A model generated the notes under the pieces. That model was not told the origin of the DNA, ran no database searches, and saw nothing but the letters and a program-made list of their open reading frames with translations. A stretch of DNA of 62,151 nucleotides, filler included, from Jimgerdemannia flammicorona (Eukaryota): NCBI GenBank assembly GCA_003990765.1. It is 2 parts of 2 records of this genome, joined end to end, with 100 filler letters (N's around TTAATTAATTAA, not from the genome) between each part and the next. Parts side by side here need not be neighbours in the genome. Positions count along the whole stretch, not along the records: positions 1 to 31,028 come from RBNJ01000412.1; positions 31,129 to 62,151 come from RBNJ01000413.1. One strand, written 5' to 3'. The stretch's first letter is position 1. Each line of letters starts with the position of its first letter. Both the position numbers and the translations under genes were made by a program. Positions 22,301 through 34,820 of this stretch are shown piece by piece.

Positions 22301-24437
22301 GTGGTTTGGAGGCTCACTCTCCACTGCTAGAACTCTACCAACATTATCCCAGTTTCTAAGAAGGAGGAATTGCAAATGATCGATAGTTTTCACCCTATTA
22401 CTCTCACCAAAATATTTCGTAAACTCTTCGAGCAGTATTTGGAAGGATACATCCAGAGCCAAAGTGGTCTGATAGAAAAGTTGTACTACTAAGGTGGCTT
22501 CCGAACTCGCTTCTCATCCCTCTCTCATGTCTTGCTCTCACATGAGATGTAGACCAAGAGATGGATCTGCTGTATCTTTCTTGACCTCTGGCAGGCATAT
22601 GATAGAGTCTCTCTCAAGCTCATTCTTTCTTAACTTGAGGTATAAGGTACTGATGCAGTCCTCCTTAGCATTATCCACAGTCTGTTCAACCATTGTTCCT
22701 ATCAGATGGTTGTTAATGGCCTTGTCACCTCTTTAGTCTCCACTGAGCATGGCCTCTTCTAAGGCTCCCTCCTCTCTTCCTGGCTCTTTGATGTCTTTAT
22801 CAACTCCCTCGCAACCTCCTTTGATGAATAGTTTAAAGAGTACAACTTTCCCCTAGGGCTTTTCTTTACTGATGATATTGCCCTCACCCCTTACACTGCC
22901 ATGGAAGGGCAGAGGATAATTGACTTCTGTGAGGACTAGTACTTGGCGAATGGTATGGAACTCAATCTAAAGAAGTATAGTTATATTGGCCCTGCTGAGT
23001 ATACTGTATGGATTGGGGGTAAGCCCTGCCTACAACCCCCCTTCTATGTATATCTAGACATACTGTATATTAACAAAGGGTTTGACTTTGTCATCCTTAC
23101 ATTACAGAATATAGTGAGGGTGAAATACACTCTTGGGTTCTGCTATACCTGTGGTCCCCTCTAGTCACCAATAGTCAAGCTGGCCATCATATGGACTTTC
23201 ATCAGACCTCAGCTAGAATACAGCCTCTCCCTTCTATGAGCCTCCTGCCTAGCTATTACTACAGGGCTTTAGGTGTTGAAGCATTCTGAGCAGGTCTTTG
23301 ATGATGCTGTCATTAGGGTGGTCAGATTCTCTGGCCATCCCTTGCTTGGCAGCTCAATTCTTGGCCTTTCTTCCTTCTTTTGTCATATGTTGGACCTCTG
23401 CTGCATGTTCTAAGCCCATCTGGATTGGTGTAGTAAGTCTGGTCAGCTCCCTTAGCAAGCACTTTGTCATGTATCCTCTGGGTTCTATAATTGACAAGTT
23501 CTGGCAATGGACCTCATGGCTTGACTTCCTTGCCTAGTACTGGGACCTCTATCCCTAGGTCCACAAGACTTGCATACTCTACTTCTTCCTTCAGTCATTC
23601 CTCCCAGATCAGCTGCTGCAGAAATAGGCTTTCTCATCCCAGGTGCTCATTCGGTACATCACCCCCAAAGGCCACTTGCAGTCCTGGGGCACCAATCATG
23701 TTCTCTCCTTCTACCGCCAGCTTGTGCGCTCTGCACTAGCCTGGTGCTATGGCTACTTTGGCTAACTCCGCCCCTGCCCCTATGGAGATAATTTTCATCA
23801 TGGCTATCTCCTCAGATGTGGTCTTCTCGATGGTTCCTATTCTGCATTCTGAGGTGATTTTGATCATGCTGAACAGCTTGATTGATTTACCATTGATGAA
23901 TGGCAGAAAGAACTTCATGCCTACCCTCTTTACATTCTTCACAAGACAGTCTACCACACTATCAATACTATGTATAATTCTGGTGGCCACCTCATGATCG
24001 GGTTCTGCCTGACTGAGATTATGAAGATGCTTAAGTAATTGAGCAATCGCATATTTTCTTTATTTTCTTCTTTTCACTCATTCGTCTCAGTTGGTTCACT
24101 TATTGTTGAGAGTGCATTAAGTTATTCATTTCATATTAGTTGCTTGGTATTTGAGTGTTGATATTATTCCCATAGTTGGTGTCAGGCATTTGTTTATTTT
24201 ATCTTAGTTTCTCTCTTCTTTACTTTTCGCATTTATTATCTTTACAGCTGTGATAAAATGGTTTTATCTAGCCCATCCCTAGAGTGGTCACCTCTCTGGC
24301 CTTTGTTTTGTACTTCCTTACTAGTTGTTTACTTTGCTGGTCTTGTTTTGCTTTTCTTATCTTAGGAGTCTTTGCTGTTTATTGCTCTGATGTATCTTAT
24401 CTTCTCTATAATGAATAAATTCTTACTTAAAGTCTAA
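19374..24437 (+). mobile_element. Telomeric retrotransposon copy 4 (full length, heavily mutated; short deletion at the ORF2 start)
   Basis: Same 5' end as copy 2; ATGA overlap at 21086-21089; 3' UTR followed by CCCTAA repeats. Confidence 0.92.
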
Positions 24438-24479
24438 CCCTAACCCTAACTCATGAATAAATTCTTTCTTGAAGCCTAA
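24433..24479 (+). repeat. Interstitial telomere tract plus element 3'-end remnant (duplicate of 13252-13308)
   Basis: TCTAACCCTAACCCTAACTC-ATGAATAAATTCTTTCTTGAAG-CCTAA. Confidence 0.85.
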
Positions 24480-27400
24480 TGATATTCCACCCCCCTACCA
24501 GTCTCACTCAAATAAACACTAGCAGTCTTTTTTAAATTTATCAATCAAATATTAACTGGAATACTCTCACATATCAAAACCTTAACTTTCTGCTGAATGT
24601 TCTTAGCTCAATTATTCCACAACTCCTTCTCAGTCAATAAAGAGGAATTAAGATGCCAATATCCAGACCCATCCCCACTTCCCTCAAATTGCTCATATTA
24701 TAATAAGCCCCAATAGTCAGATGATAGATACTACTCTACTATTATAGACTTCCAGATATCTAGCCCCCAATAGTTAGCTATCAGCACTCAGTCAATTCTA
24801 GCCTCCTGGTCATATACCCAGTAAGTATAGACCCTCTTATCTCCCTACATTGCTCAGCCAGCATCTATGAAGAAGCTAAATTACTCTATCTCCTCCCATC
24901 TCTCTAGACTACTACTCTTGCTCCCTATATTTCTCACCTCATCTGTCCTATCCAACTATATCAAGCAAACTATATTGAAGTCCCCTTTAAGCATCTTCAC
25001 TTCTATCACTACAAGTACTCCACTATCTAAACAATTATCAATCTACTCTATATACTCACTTCTGATTACAGAATAGTAATAAGATCTGACCACAATGAGT
25101 TCTCATTCTGGTTGGTACTACTCACCTCAAACCAAATGATCCTCCCAGGTCCTGCTATCATATAATTCCACTTACCCTCTCTATATCAGAATTTCAACCT
25201 TGCTATTCTAGACTGGATCTCTACTCCATTCTCTTATCCACTCTTATTACTCAGAGTCCTCCTATATTATATATCCTACAGTAGAAAGAGATCAGTCTCT
25301 AATTCTTTTAACTAAGTAAAAATGTTATATTATCTCCCAGGACTCATCAAATTATTCACATTCAATTAGAAAATATTGGTTATACTATTCATAAGAAATA
25401 ATATTGATATAGATATATCCTCCTTATAACTCTATATTCACTCTATCTATAGCTAGATCTAATCTATATTTAGCAGTAGTCTCAGCCTCCTCAACCTATT
25501 TGGTTTTCAGCCCAACCAATAGCTCATTGAGTACAGCATCATTCATTAACTTCATCTTCTTCCAGTAATCTATGCAATCTCCTTTCCAAATTTCTAATCT
25601 TTACTATTCTTCTCACCAGAAGTCTGTATGCTCTCTAGCTGCTACTGCCATTTCTACTTCTCTTGTAACATCTATCTTATAGCCCTTCTCATCTAGATAT
25701 ACTATTAGTACCTTCTTTATCAGAGCCTCTACAACTCCCTCTCTTCTCATGATTCCTACCTAGTGCTCCTCACTGACCACTGTAGGTCTATATCACCCAA
25801 CTCCTCAGTAACTAAGTTATTCATTGTCTGTCACATCCACTGTAGATTTCCAATCTCCTTGCCCCCAGGGATTGCAAGTCAGCCAGCTCTAAGCATTACA
25901 GTATTTACTCTAGTACTTGCAGACTCATCCCACTCTTTCTCTGCGATATCCACCAACTCCTTCTCTCTAACCCCAACTATTTATCTCACACTTGCAATCT
26001 CAGATACTCTACATCTAACATGGCAAGTTTCCATCATCTCTACATCCTCACTAGTAGTTAGCTGGCTACTCCAATCTTTCTTTTCTATATCTCCAACCTC
26101 CTCCTATACCTTAATCAAAGAGAGCTTGATTCCTCTTCTCATGGCCCCTCCTCATTTGCTTCAGTACCTACCAAATCTCCACCTCTGACATTATCTCCCC
26201 TCAGCCTCTCCTCTTAAGCTTGGCTTCTCCCTCTCCTCTCCTTCAGCCTCACTCATAGCTCTTTCTGCCCCTTGTGCCCCTGAGCCCTCTTCTACATTCT
26301 CTTGTCCTCCTGAATGTACTTTCTATCCACTATCTCTAAGTGCATTGATTCTATATAATTCTGACATACCTTGGCTCACTGCTTCATCACTCTACTGAGC
26401 TCCTTCAGTACCTCCACCAGATCCTCCTCCTCCTCCATGCTCCCTTTCATCCTTATTAACTTACAGATAATTGCCCCCACATCTTCACTGAGATCAGTCT
26501 CTTGGCTTCCCTATAGCCTCTCTCTCAGCCAACCTGGATCTGACCTCTATATCTCTAATTCTAAATGAGGTCCACTCTTAGACCTAGAAGCTGATATCTA
26601 CCACCTCACCATACTCTGCCATAAACTCCTCTACCCTCCTCCTCATCTTGACTATCATTACTGTGGGCACTCTCTTTACTAGTAACTGATCCACTCTGGG
26701 GTCTCACCTCAAAAAATAAGCTATCAGAACCTCAATCTCTCCTATAGTCAGTCCTGTCTTGATTGTCTTCTCAAAGGGAGCAGTCTCCTCAAAGCCCACC
26801 TCTACTCTCTCCAGTCTCTTCAGGAACTTTACCAAGGCTGCTTCAGCCATCTGCTTTGAGAATAGCCTCAGAACTATTCTCACTGTCACCACTAAACTCT
26901 GGAAGCATAATATGACTGTGAACTCTGAGATAGACTTCTTGAGTAATAGGACCACCACCAGCTCTGTTATACTATTAGTCAAATTACTGGTTTTCCTCAG
27001 CCTCTGTAACCCAGTCCTACAATCAGTAGTCATATCTGGATTTTTTCCAGATCTCTAGTTACTCTTTGATCAGCAGTCCTACTAGTTTATCTAGTCACTA
27101 CTCCACCAGCTCTTCCACCTGCCAACAGAGATACTAATCCTCCAGCCCTCACTTACTTTAACTTTTTCTTACTGCTCTCCTATCCCCCATCAGCTCCAAT
27201 AGGCTATCCAATCATCTTCTCTTGTCTGCAAAACTCAGCCCCCATACCTGCACCAGACTGGCCACTATTGCTCAGCCCACCATGACCTCCAGACTCTTCC
27301 AAAGCTCCTATCTCCAGTTTCTACTCCCTTCTGATATATTGCCAGTTAAAGGCCCAAGATATACCCAACCTAGTATGTATATTGGCTCACTTATTTATTG

Positions 27401-27483
27401 TCATATCCTTAGTAGCTTTCTTCAATAAATAATTCAAAAGTATGTTTCAAAGTTTGTATGATATAAATGTTAGTTGAGAAAGG
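24480..27483 (-). mobile_element. L1/Tx1-like LINE 5' portion (duplicate of 13309-16302)
   Basis: Colinear and highly similar to 13309-16302. Confidence 0.8.
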
Positions 27484-29372
27484 TAAATTATAAATGACAT
27501 TATTATCTCCTAACTTGATCAATACAGAGTATTCAAAAGGCTCATAAGTAGAAAACTATTCTCTATATGGCATTATTTGTTATATAGCTCCAGTATCTAT
27601 TAGCCAGACATCATTGTCATTAGTTGTATTGGTACATTCATCATGTCTACTTTTTGTTGAGTAAAAAGTGTCTCACTGACTAAGATTCATAGATGACAGT
27701 TTGGTGAATTTGGCTATAGATCTTGCACTGCTTGTGGAACTACTTGTTATAGATATAGTTCTCATATTGATGAAATTAGCAGTGGAGCTAGTATCTTATA
27801 TCAAAAATAGATTATTACTTTTATTAGTTTTAGCAGTATTTGTATTACTATACTTCTCTCAATAGTTCTTTCTACTGCTCTCATAGTGTCAGTATTGACT
27901 TTTATCACATTATTACTTATTCTCACCACTCTCCTTATCATTTTTCCAGCTATAGCATTGGTGCTTTCTGTGTCCATACTTGCCATGGTACTCACAGTAA
28001 CTATCATACTTAGTTGATTGACTAGACTGATTGTTATATTAATTTTGAGTTTAGGTATATTAGCCTTATTGAATGCACTTTTGATCTTATTTGTCACCAC
28101 ATCTATAAGACTCTTTGAAAGCATTTTCATTATTGTCAATATCATTTTCTTTGTGCATTTCCTTGTTTATAATGCTCATTTAGTATTTCCAATAAATTGA
28201 ATTAAACGTCTATTTTGATTTGAAAGTCAATTTGAATCCTATTTTTCGAAATATAATAATCAATAAAAATATATCCAAATTTAACAATCTTTAGCCTGTT
28301 AGATTTTCCTATATAAGGGAAATCTAACAAGCTAAAGATTATTAAATTTGGATATGTTTCATTGAGTTATTATATTTTGAAAAATAAGGTTCAAATTAGA
28401 CCCTCAATTCAATTTAAATTCAATTTGATTTGAATTTCATTCAAATTGAAAAATCCCCAATTTGATTTAATTTGAATTATCCTCAATTTGATTCAATTCA
28501 AATTGATTTGATTCAATTGGAAGCCCTAGACTCATTATTATATAGGTGTAATCTAAGAAACTATCCTTCTTACATATAGCTATAATGACAATATTATATA
28601 TATTCAGAAGTCTTCCTATAAGTACTATAATCTTATCTTCATTACTAATATAATCTGTAGATATACTGAGGGAATTCACTTGATTCATCAGATAATCAAT
28701 ATGATTGACATATTCATAGATACTCTTCTTTGACTTTATTGAAAAATTGAATAACTAAGATTTCAAGTAGAATTGATTCAACATAGATACTTATATATAA
28801 TGCTTGTATATGGCTTCCCATACATTGTGAGCTGTTGTAATATACATTACAAGCTTCATTTGCAAGTTCAATAATATGAATGCAATCTCGCATAATACTT
28901 GATAATTGTTTGCTAGATTGTAATCTTGAATTAGTACTTATAGCTTTATATACTCTACTAAGCATATTCATAGAGAAGATATATTATATGAAATACCCAA
29001 ATGGCATAGTCTTTTCCATCAAAGATCAGGACAGACCTCTAGGCTGTATTAATACTAACAACCTGAACTATATTTCCTATACCTATTGAGGTTGTATCTG
29101 TGAGAGAAATACTTATGGTTAGTATGTCTATTTCTATACTTATATTACTAGGCTAGTCTTCTGATATTTCTAGTATATATGTAGTATATTTAAAGAGGTG
29201 TTTTGCTATAGCCACTTAGCACTAGTGGAGCTCATAACCTTTGTTATAAAAAGAGAGATAATTTCATTGAAGTTACATAGATTGTATATTTCTCTATATT
29301 ACTGATAAATGATATAAATCTGATAGAATGACATAAGGTCACATGCTGGTATATTGAGTTGCTATCTCAACA
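27484..29372 (-). mobile_element. Ty1/copia 5' fragment (duplicate; LTR 29242-29372; nested MITE 28181-28528)
   Basis: Colinear with 16303-18231. Confidence 0.83.
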
Positions 29373-29438
29373 TTTTATTTTATCATTATGATAATATATC
29401 TTTTCTTCTTTACAATTAAATAAATTTAACTTCAAGAC

Positions 29439-29440
<2 letters not shown>

Positions 29441-29475
<35 letters not shown>

Positions 29476-29558
29476 TTACTTGGACTTTGCCATTTATTAC
29501 CAATCTGTTGATATAGTTACAGTATCTCCTCCCACTACCCAATCCCATAGGGGAGCCC
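29441..29558 (-). mobile_element. 118-bp 5'-truncated L1/Tx1-like insertion with poly(A) and 15-bp TSD
   Basis: TTAACTTCAAGACTA at 29426-29440 and 29559-29573; body matches the reverse complement of about 44786-44870. Confidence 0.88.
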
Positions 29559-29570
29559 TTAACTTCAAGA

Positions 29571-29592
29571 CTAACCCTAACCCTAACCCTAA
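29571..29592 (+). repeat. Innermost interstitial telomere tract (fossil chromosome end)
   Basis: CTAA-CCCTAA-CCCTAA-CCCTAA, in the same orientation as the terminal telomere. Confidence 0.88.
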
Positions 29593-29599
29593 TCCAAGA

Positions 29600-30515
29600 A
29601 CTTTTAAATTTGCTGAAGATGAAATTAATAATATAATAATCATACTAATATATTAATTTCAATAATATATTGATTAAGTTATATAATATAATTGTATAAA
29701 TGTATAATTTGTAAAATAAAATAAATTTCTCTATTTTAATATTTTGTTTTCTTAACTTCTTAGATTTTTTAATTAGAGTAGATAAGTTTAAAGTATATCT
29801 AACTATAGATTACTTAGTTTTTTATTTTAAACTTTTTAAATTGAAGTTTTACTTTTTTTAAATATTATAGTTATTTTATAATTATATAATTTATTATATA
29901 TATAGATATAAATTTATTATTAATAGAAAATATATTTATATAATATAGTTAAATAATATAATTAAGCTTAATTTTTAATAAAAACAAATTTTTTTTTTCC
30001 TCAAAGTATATATATATTTTTTATTTAAATTTTAGCTATTAAATATATGACTTTAATTATATTAAAACATTATAGATTTTTAATTCAAAAATATAACTGT
30101 AATTATTTGTTTAAAATCATTTCTATATATTTAAAGTCTTAATCATATTTAATTTTAAATATAAATTTGTATAGATTTTGGATTTTTCTATATTAAAATA
30201 TATATTATTTAAAATAAATTTCTTTTATTAACTATTTTTTATAATAGTCTATTGTATTAATTTATAAATTATGAATAGTTTTATATAATTAGTTAAAATA
30301 TTTTTTCTTGATAAATAAGAATAATAAGTTAATATATATAATATATATATTTTTTAGTTAATATAAAATAAACTATTTTCTTTTTTATGATTATATTTAA
30401 ATATTTATATATAATATTATCATACTGATAGTTTATCAATTTATATTTATTATACTTAATTGTGATATATACCTCTTTGAGTTTTACAATATACCATATT
30501 ACTTGTAAAATTTTT
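29600..30515. other. Extremely AT-rich spacer
   Basis: Almost devoid of C/G, TA-rich, no ORFs. Confidence 0.85.
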
Positions 30516-30687
30516 CAAGTGTTGTTACCCTATAGCTGACATAGGCAAGCTGCAACTGAATTGGGAGATCTCTGTCAGGTTCTTACGCTTTTTACCTGCG
30601 CCTCATCCTGTCAGATTTTGTGACAGTTTTTGATTTCGAGCGGTTTGTCAAACTTCACAAACACCCAAACACCAAACACTTACAAAC

Positions 30688-31028
30688 ATGCGAATATCCT
30701 TGTTTAAGAATACTAATTGTGATTCCACAGATATTGAAGTCCTCGTCAAGGTTTCTGCAGCTGATGATGCGCAGGCCGAGCTCGCTTACAGCCATTCCTT
30801 CAACCTTCAACCTATCGAAGCCGGTCGATCCATCGCTGCTGAAGTCTTCGATAAGGAACCTAAGTCTGCGGCCCTCAGGAAATATGGGAAATTGTTGTTC
30901 AGGGCCCTCTTCTCAGATGGTGAAGACAATGACATTCCCGCACAGCATTTCCTAATTGGAATATTGCCTCCTCACCCCGCAGGTCGGATCCTGCTTGAGC
31001 TAAACCATGACCATGACTTCGACGTCAT
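30688..31028 (+). CDS. 5' part of a probable host gene, truncated by the contig end; resembles the region N-terminal to the CHAT-domain core
   Basis: ATG after a CA-rich leader, open to the gap, normal GC and CpG content. The peptide ALRKYGKLLFRALF...RILLEL...FDV recalls the CHAT pattern LxxxGxxLFxxLF...RLxLxL...(PWE). Confidence 0.5.
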
Positions 31029-31128
31029 NNNNNNNNNNNNNNNNNNNNNNNNNNNNNNNNNNNNNNNNNNNNTTAATTAATTAANNNNNNNNNNNNNNNN
31101 NNNNNNNNNNNNNNNNNNNNNNNNNNNN
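31029..31128. other. Artificial contig-joining spacer N44-TTAATTAATTAA-N44
   Basis: Exactly 100 bp, symmetric; the core places stop codons in all six frames. Confidence 0.95.

Positions 31129-31162
<34 letters not shown>
31129..31162 (+). repeat. Poly(A) tract, probably a LINE tail interrupting the hAT copy
   Basis: A-run at the contig start directly abutting mid-transposase sequence. Confidence 0.6.
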
Positions 31163-31164
<2 letters not shown>

Positions 31165-33681
31165 AAGTGCTGCTCCCAGCCCTAATCTTTATGGTATTGT
31201 AGCTTTAAGTGTGGGTCCAGCAATGTTCAAAGGAGAGGAGAGAGTGAGTTTTTGTGGGAGTTTCTCTGTTTTAGAAGGGGCAATGGCTATATGCCGACAT
31301 TGATATTGACATACCTATACTGATTGAGTATACAGTGGTATCTGTTTGGGAGTAGTACTTTCTGAGCTTGCTAAGAGCAACCTCCATAGCATCTCTCTGA
31401 TCTGGGCTTAACCATAAATCACCACAACCCTCCAGTCTGTCCTCAAGCTTATCCTCTAGCCAGTCAATCAGAAGGTTGTACATATACTGGTATTGCCAAA
31501 CTTATTGTTGGGGTCATTTGTTTGACTATATCCTTCATACAATTGTCAAAATACTAGCAGTTATATGTGATGAGGTATTGTATTGTGTGGAGGCAGACAA
31601 AATGAGTGTGGAGGCTAACAAAATGAGTGTAGAGCTGGAGCAATTATCACTTACTTCCAAAAATCTGACAACATTCCTAAGTATATCCCACTTACTTTTA
31701 CCTAGAGCCTCGGCCCATATTTCTTTGTTGGTAGCCACTGTTGAATCTATTGACTTTTTTTGTTTTTTTTTTTTTTTTTAAATAAATCTTTAATCATCCA
31801 AAACAAGTTGCTTCAGCTGACTGAAGAAAAAAAGGATACATATCACAGCAAACTCCAGCACATGCTGGATCATTGCAAATGTTGAGTTTCAACACATACA
31901 GATGTCCAATATAAGCTCTTTTGGGGCGAAACTAATTGCCCTACACTGTGCAGTGAATTTGTCTCATTATTGTGGGAATGATCAGACTGATACAACCAGG
32001 TTGTACAGCTTGGAAATTATACTCAGAGCCCCTCCTCTCTCAGATGTTTTGTCTACATACATAAGATAGTCCTGAACAGCAAGGTTCAGTATATAGGCCT
32101 AGTATCATACATGATAGCTTTCTGCACTGAAGGCCATATTTTCCTGTTTGAGACTGGTCGCTAAAACTTTGAAAAATGTTGAGTTATTTGTGGCATTATC
32201 CATCATAATGGCCAAAATCTGTACTTGAAATATTTGGTTAGTGAATTTATGTGAAAATAAATAACCAATAAAATCTGGTTTGGTTTAGGACCTCCCTCAA
32301 AATGCTGACCTGATGGCAAGCCTCCCTTTTTTACCTTAGTGGTGATTCCAAGCTCTCAGATATAACTAATAAAAGTATCTATGATGTTGTCTCCAGAATG
32401 AGGACCAGCAAGTTTGACAAAGTCAAGGGTGAGAGATTTAAGCTGTCAATCGAGGTCAATCCAATGACCAATAATGCCCAGAAACGAAATTGTATTGGGG
32501 GATATCCATGTGTTAATTATAAATGAAATTTTGTCTGCCAAATTCTGCTTATAGAATGTGAGGTTAAATTGATGAGCTCTTTTATATAATTTAGCTTGTA
32601 AAGGTCATGGTGCTACCCTTATTTTACCTGAAGTATCTGGCAGAGATTATCATACTCCTTCCTATAGGCCTCTAGGATATCTTTACAAATAGTATCGGTA
32701 CTTGGCAAATATAAATCATGCTTGAGGAGACCAAAGATGCTATGCAATTGATCACTCTTGATGGTTGTAAATGGCTGGTCTGTGCACACAATCCAGCAAA
32801 TGAGCTGATTTCAAAATTCTGCTGAAGAGTATAGCTAAATATTTTTGATTAAATGGCATTGTTGGTACAAAAATAGTCAGGCAATCAGATAAACATACCC
32901 ACCACAGCTTGGATGTCAATTTTATTTGTCTCTATGTTCTTTTTGATTTTGTCAGAGTACTTGTCTTTTATGTATCGATTCATATTCAAAGTTGTACCCC
33001 CAAGCATTTTGAACTTCTGGCTGGTGCAGTTCATAGGGATGGATAAAACAATATCATATGTGTGTCAAAACAAACAAAAAGTGTCAATAGGTACATCTTA
33101 ATTTTTTATCTGCAATAATTATAAACAACATCATCTCCTATCTTAGTACAATATTGCCAGATTTCAGAGTGAGGATTACATGGAAGGTGTGGAGCTATCA
33201 GGGATGTTTGACTTGAAGCATCATCAGTACTGTGAACTGTTGAAGACTGATCTGTTGACATGTGTGTTTGCATGTTTGCATATACATATGTATGTGTGTA
33301 TTTGTGTATTGTATTGTGGACACATCCAGTATATGAGTCATGTGGAGGATTTGGATTAGAGGATTCAGTTGAAGGATTCGGATAAGGATTCAGATTGAAG
33401 AATTTGAATTGGAGGATTTGAATTAGAGGATTTGAATTGGAGGATTTGGATTGAGTGATTTGGATTGAGTGATTTGGATTGAGTGATTCAGATTGAGTGA
33501 TTCGGATTAAGTGATTCAGATTGGGGTGGTTCAGATCGATAATTCAGATGGGGCAATTCAGATGGAGTGATTTGGATTAATCTGAGTTGATTCGGATGGC
33601 TTCAGATTTAAGATTCAGATCAAACCATCATATGATGAATCGAATCCGGATTTGATTCGAATTGACTCATTCGGAGCACTA
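31163..33681 (-). mobile_element. hAT DNA transposon, partial copy (left end plus most of the degenerate transposase)
   Basis: Reverse complement of about 34604-37615 minus the MITE; ends GGAGCACTA; peptide YNLLIDWLED...ALSKLRKYYS. Confidence 0.88.
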
Positions 33682-34820
33682 GTGGATGGTGAGGATGAAC
33701 TGGTGGGTATCCAAGAGGAGGAGTAGGATGAGACTGTGAGTATAGGAGCTGATACCTTGATGCTGGATAGAGGAAGACCAGTGACTCCAGAGGGGAAGAA
33801 GGTGGGAAACCTACTATAGATATGCTAGATGATAAACAACTTTGCAGTAGAGAAGTTGGAAGAGATAGATCTGAGAGTAATGAGTGAAGAGTATTGGGCA
33901 TGGATCCTATATGATAATAGAGTAGTAGAGGTACTAAAGGTAGAGGTTCTTGCAGTTTTCCTAGAGGAGGAAGAATATGAGATTAATAAGGAGAGGGAGG
34001 TAAAGCTGATAGTTATTGCTGGTAAGCAGACTATCTTCTGTTGAGTAGAGCATTATAGATTATAGCTCTGATAAGAGGTCTGCCTAGAGTATTATGAGGA
34101 TTTCAAGGAGAAGGAGGATGGAAAGCTTGCTAAACTACTGGTTGGATTAGAGGCTAAGAGGATTGAAGAGGAGGCAGTGGCTGCTGAACACAATCTGAAC
34201 TTGGCTCAGAAAGAGATAAATATGGAGTAGTAAAGGATGTGTTTGCTATTTCACAATATTTCTTATAAATAGTATAACTAATATTTTTTCTTTGAATATA
34301 AATGGGTTATAGAGTTTGTTTTAGTATTGAAACATTTTTACTTAGCTGAAGAGATTAGAGGCTGATCTCTTTCTTTTGTAGGATATCAGATATAAGGATG
34401 ATTTGGATAGATTAGAATAGATAAAGGAATAGAGAGATGAGGTGGTTTGGAAGAGTAAGGTTGGGATTCTAGTTTAGAGAGATAGAGGAGAGATATGAGA
34501 TATAAGGAGTTGGAGAGATAGACTGATTTGGGGAGAGTGGATACAAACAGATTGGAAGCTAGTTATAGTAGGTTCCTGCTATTGCTCTGCTTTGAGGAGT
34601 GAGTAGTGCTCTGAATAAGTCAATTCAAATCAAATCCAGATTCAATTCATCACATGATAGTTTGATCCGAATCTCAAATCCAAAGTCATCTGAATCAACT
34701 CAGATTAATCTGAATTACCCTATCTAAATCACCCCATCTGAATCATCCATCCAAACTACCCCAATCTGAATCACTCAATCTGAATCCTCCAATTCAAATC
34801 CTCCAATTCAAATCCTCCAA

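Noticed and set aside
31073..31084. TTAATTAATTAA as a biological palindrome or piggyBac TTAA site
   Set aside because: It is centred in a symmetric N spacer and is a synthetic linker.
33345..33660. CRISPR-like or satellite array of short GATTC/GGATT repeats
   Set aside because: No constant repeat with unique spacers; these are hAT subterminal repeats next to the TIR in a eukaryotic context.
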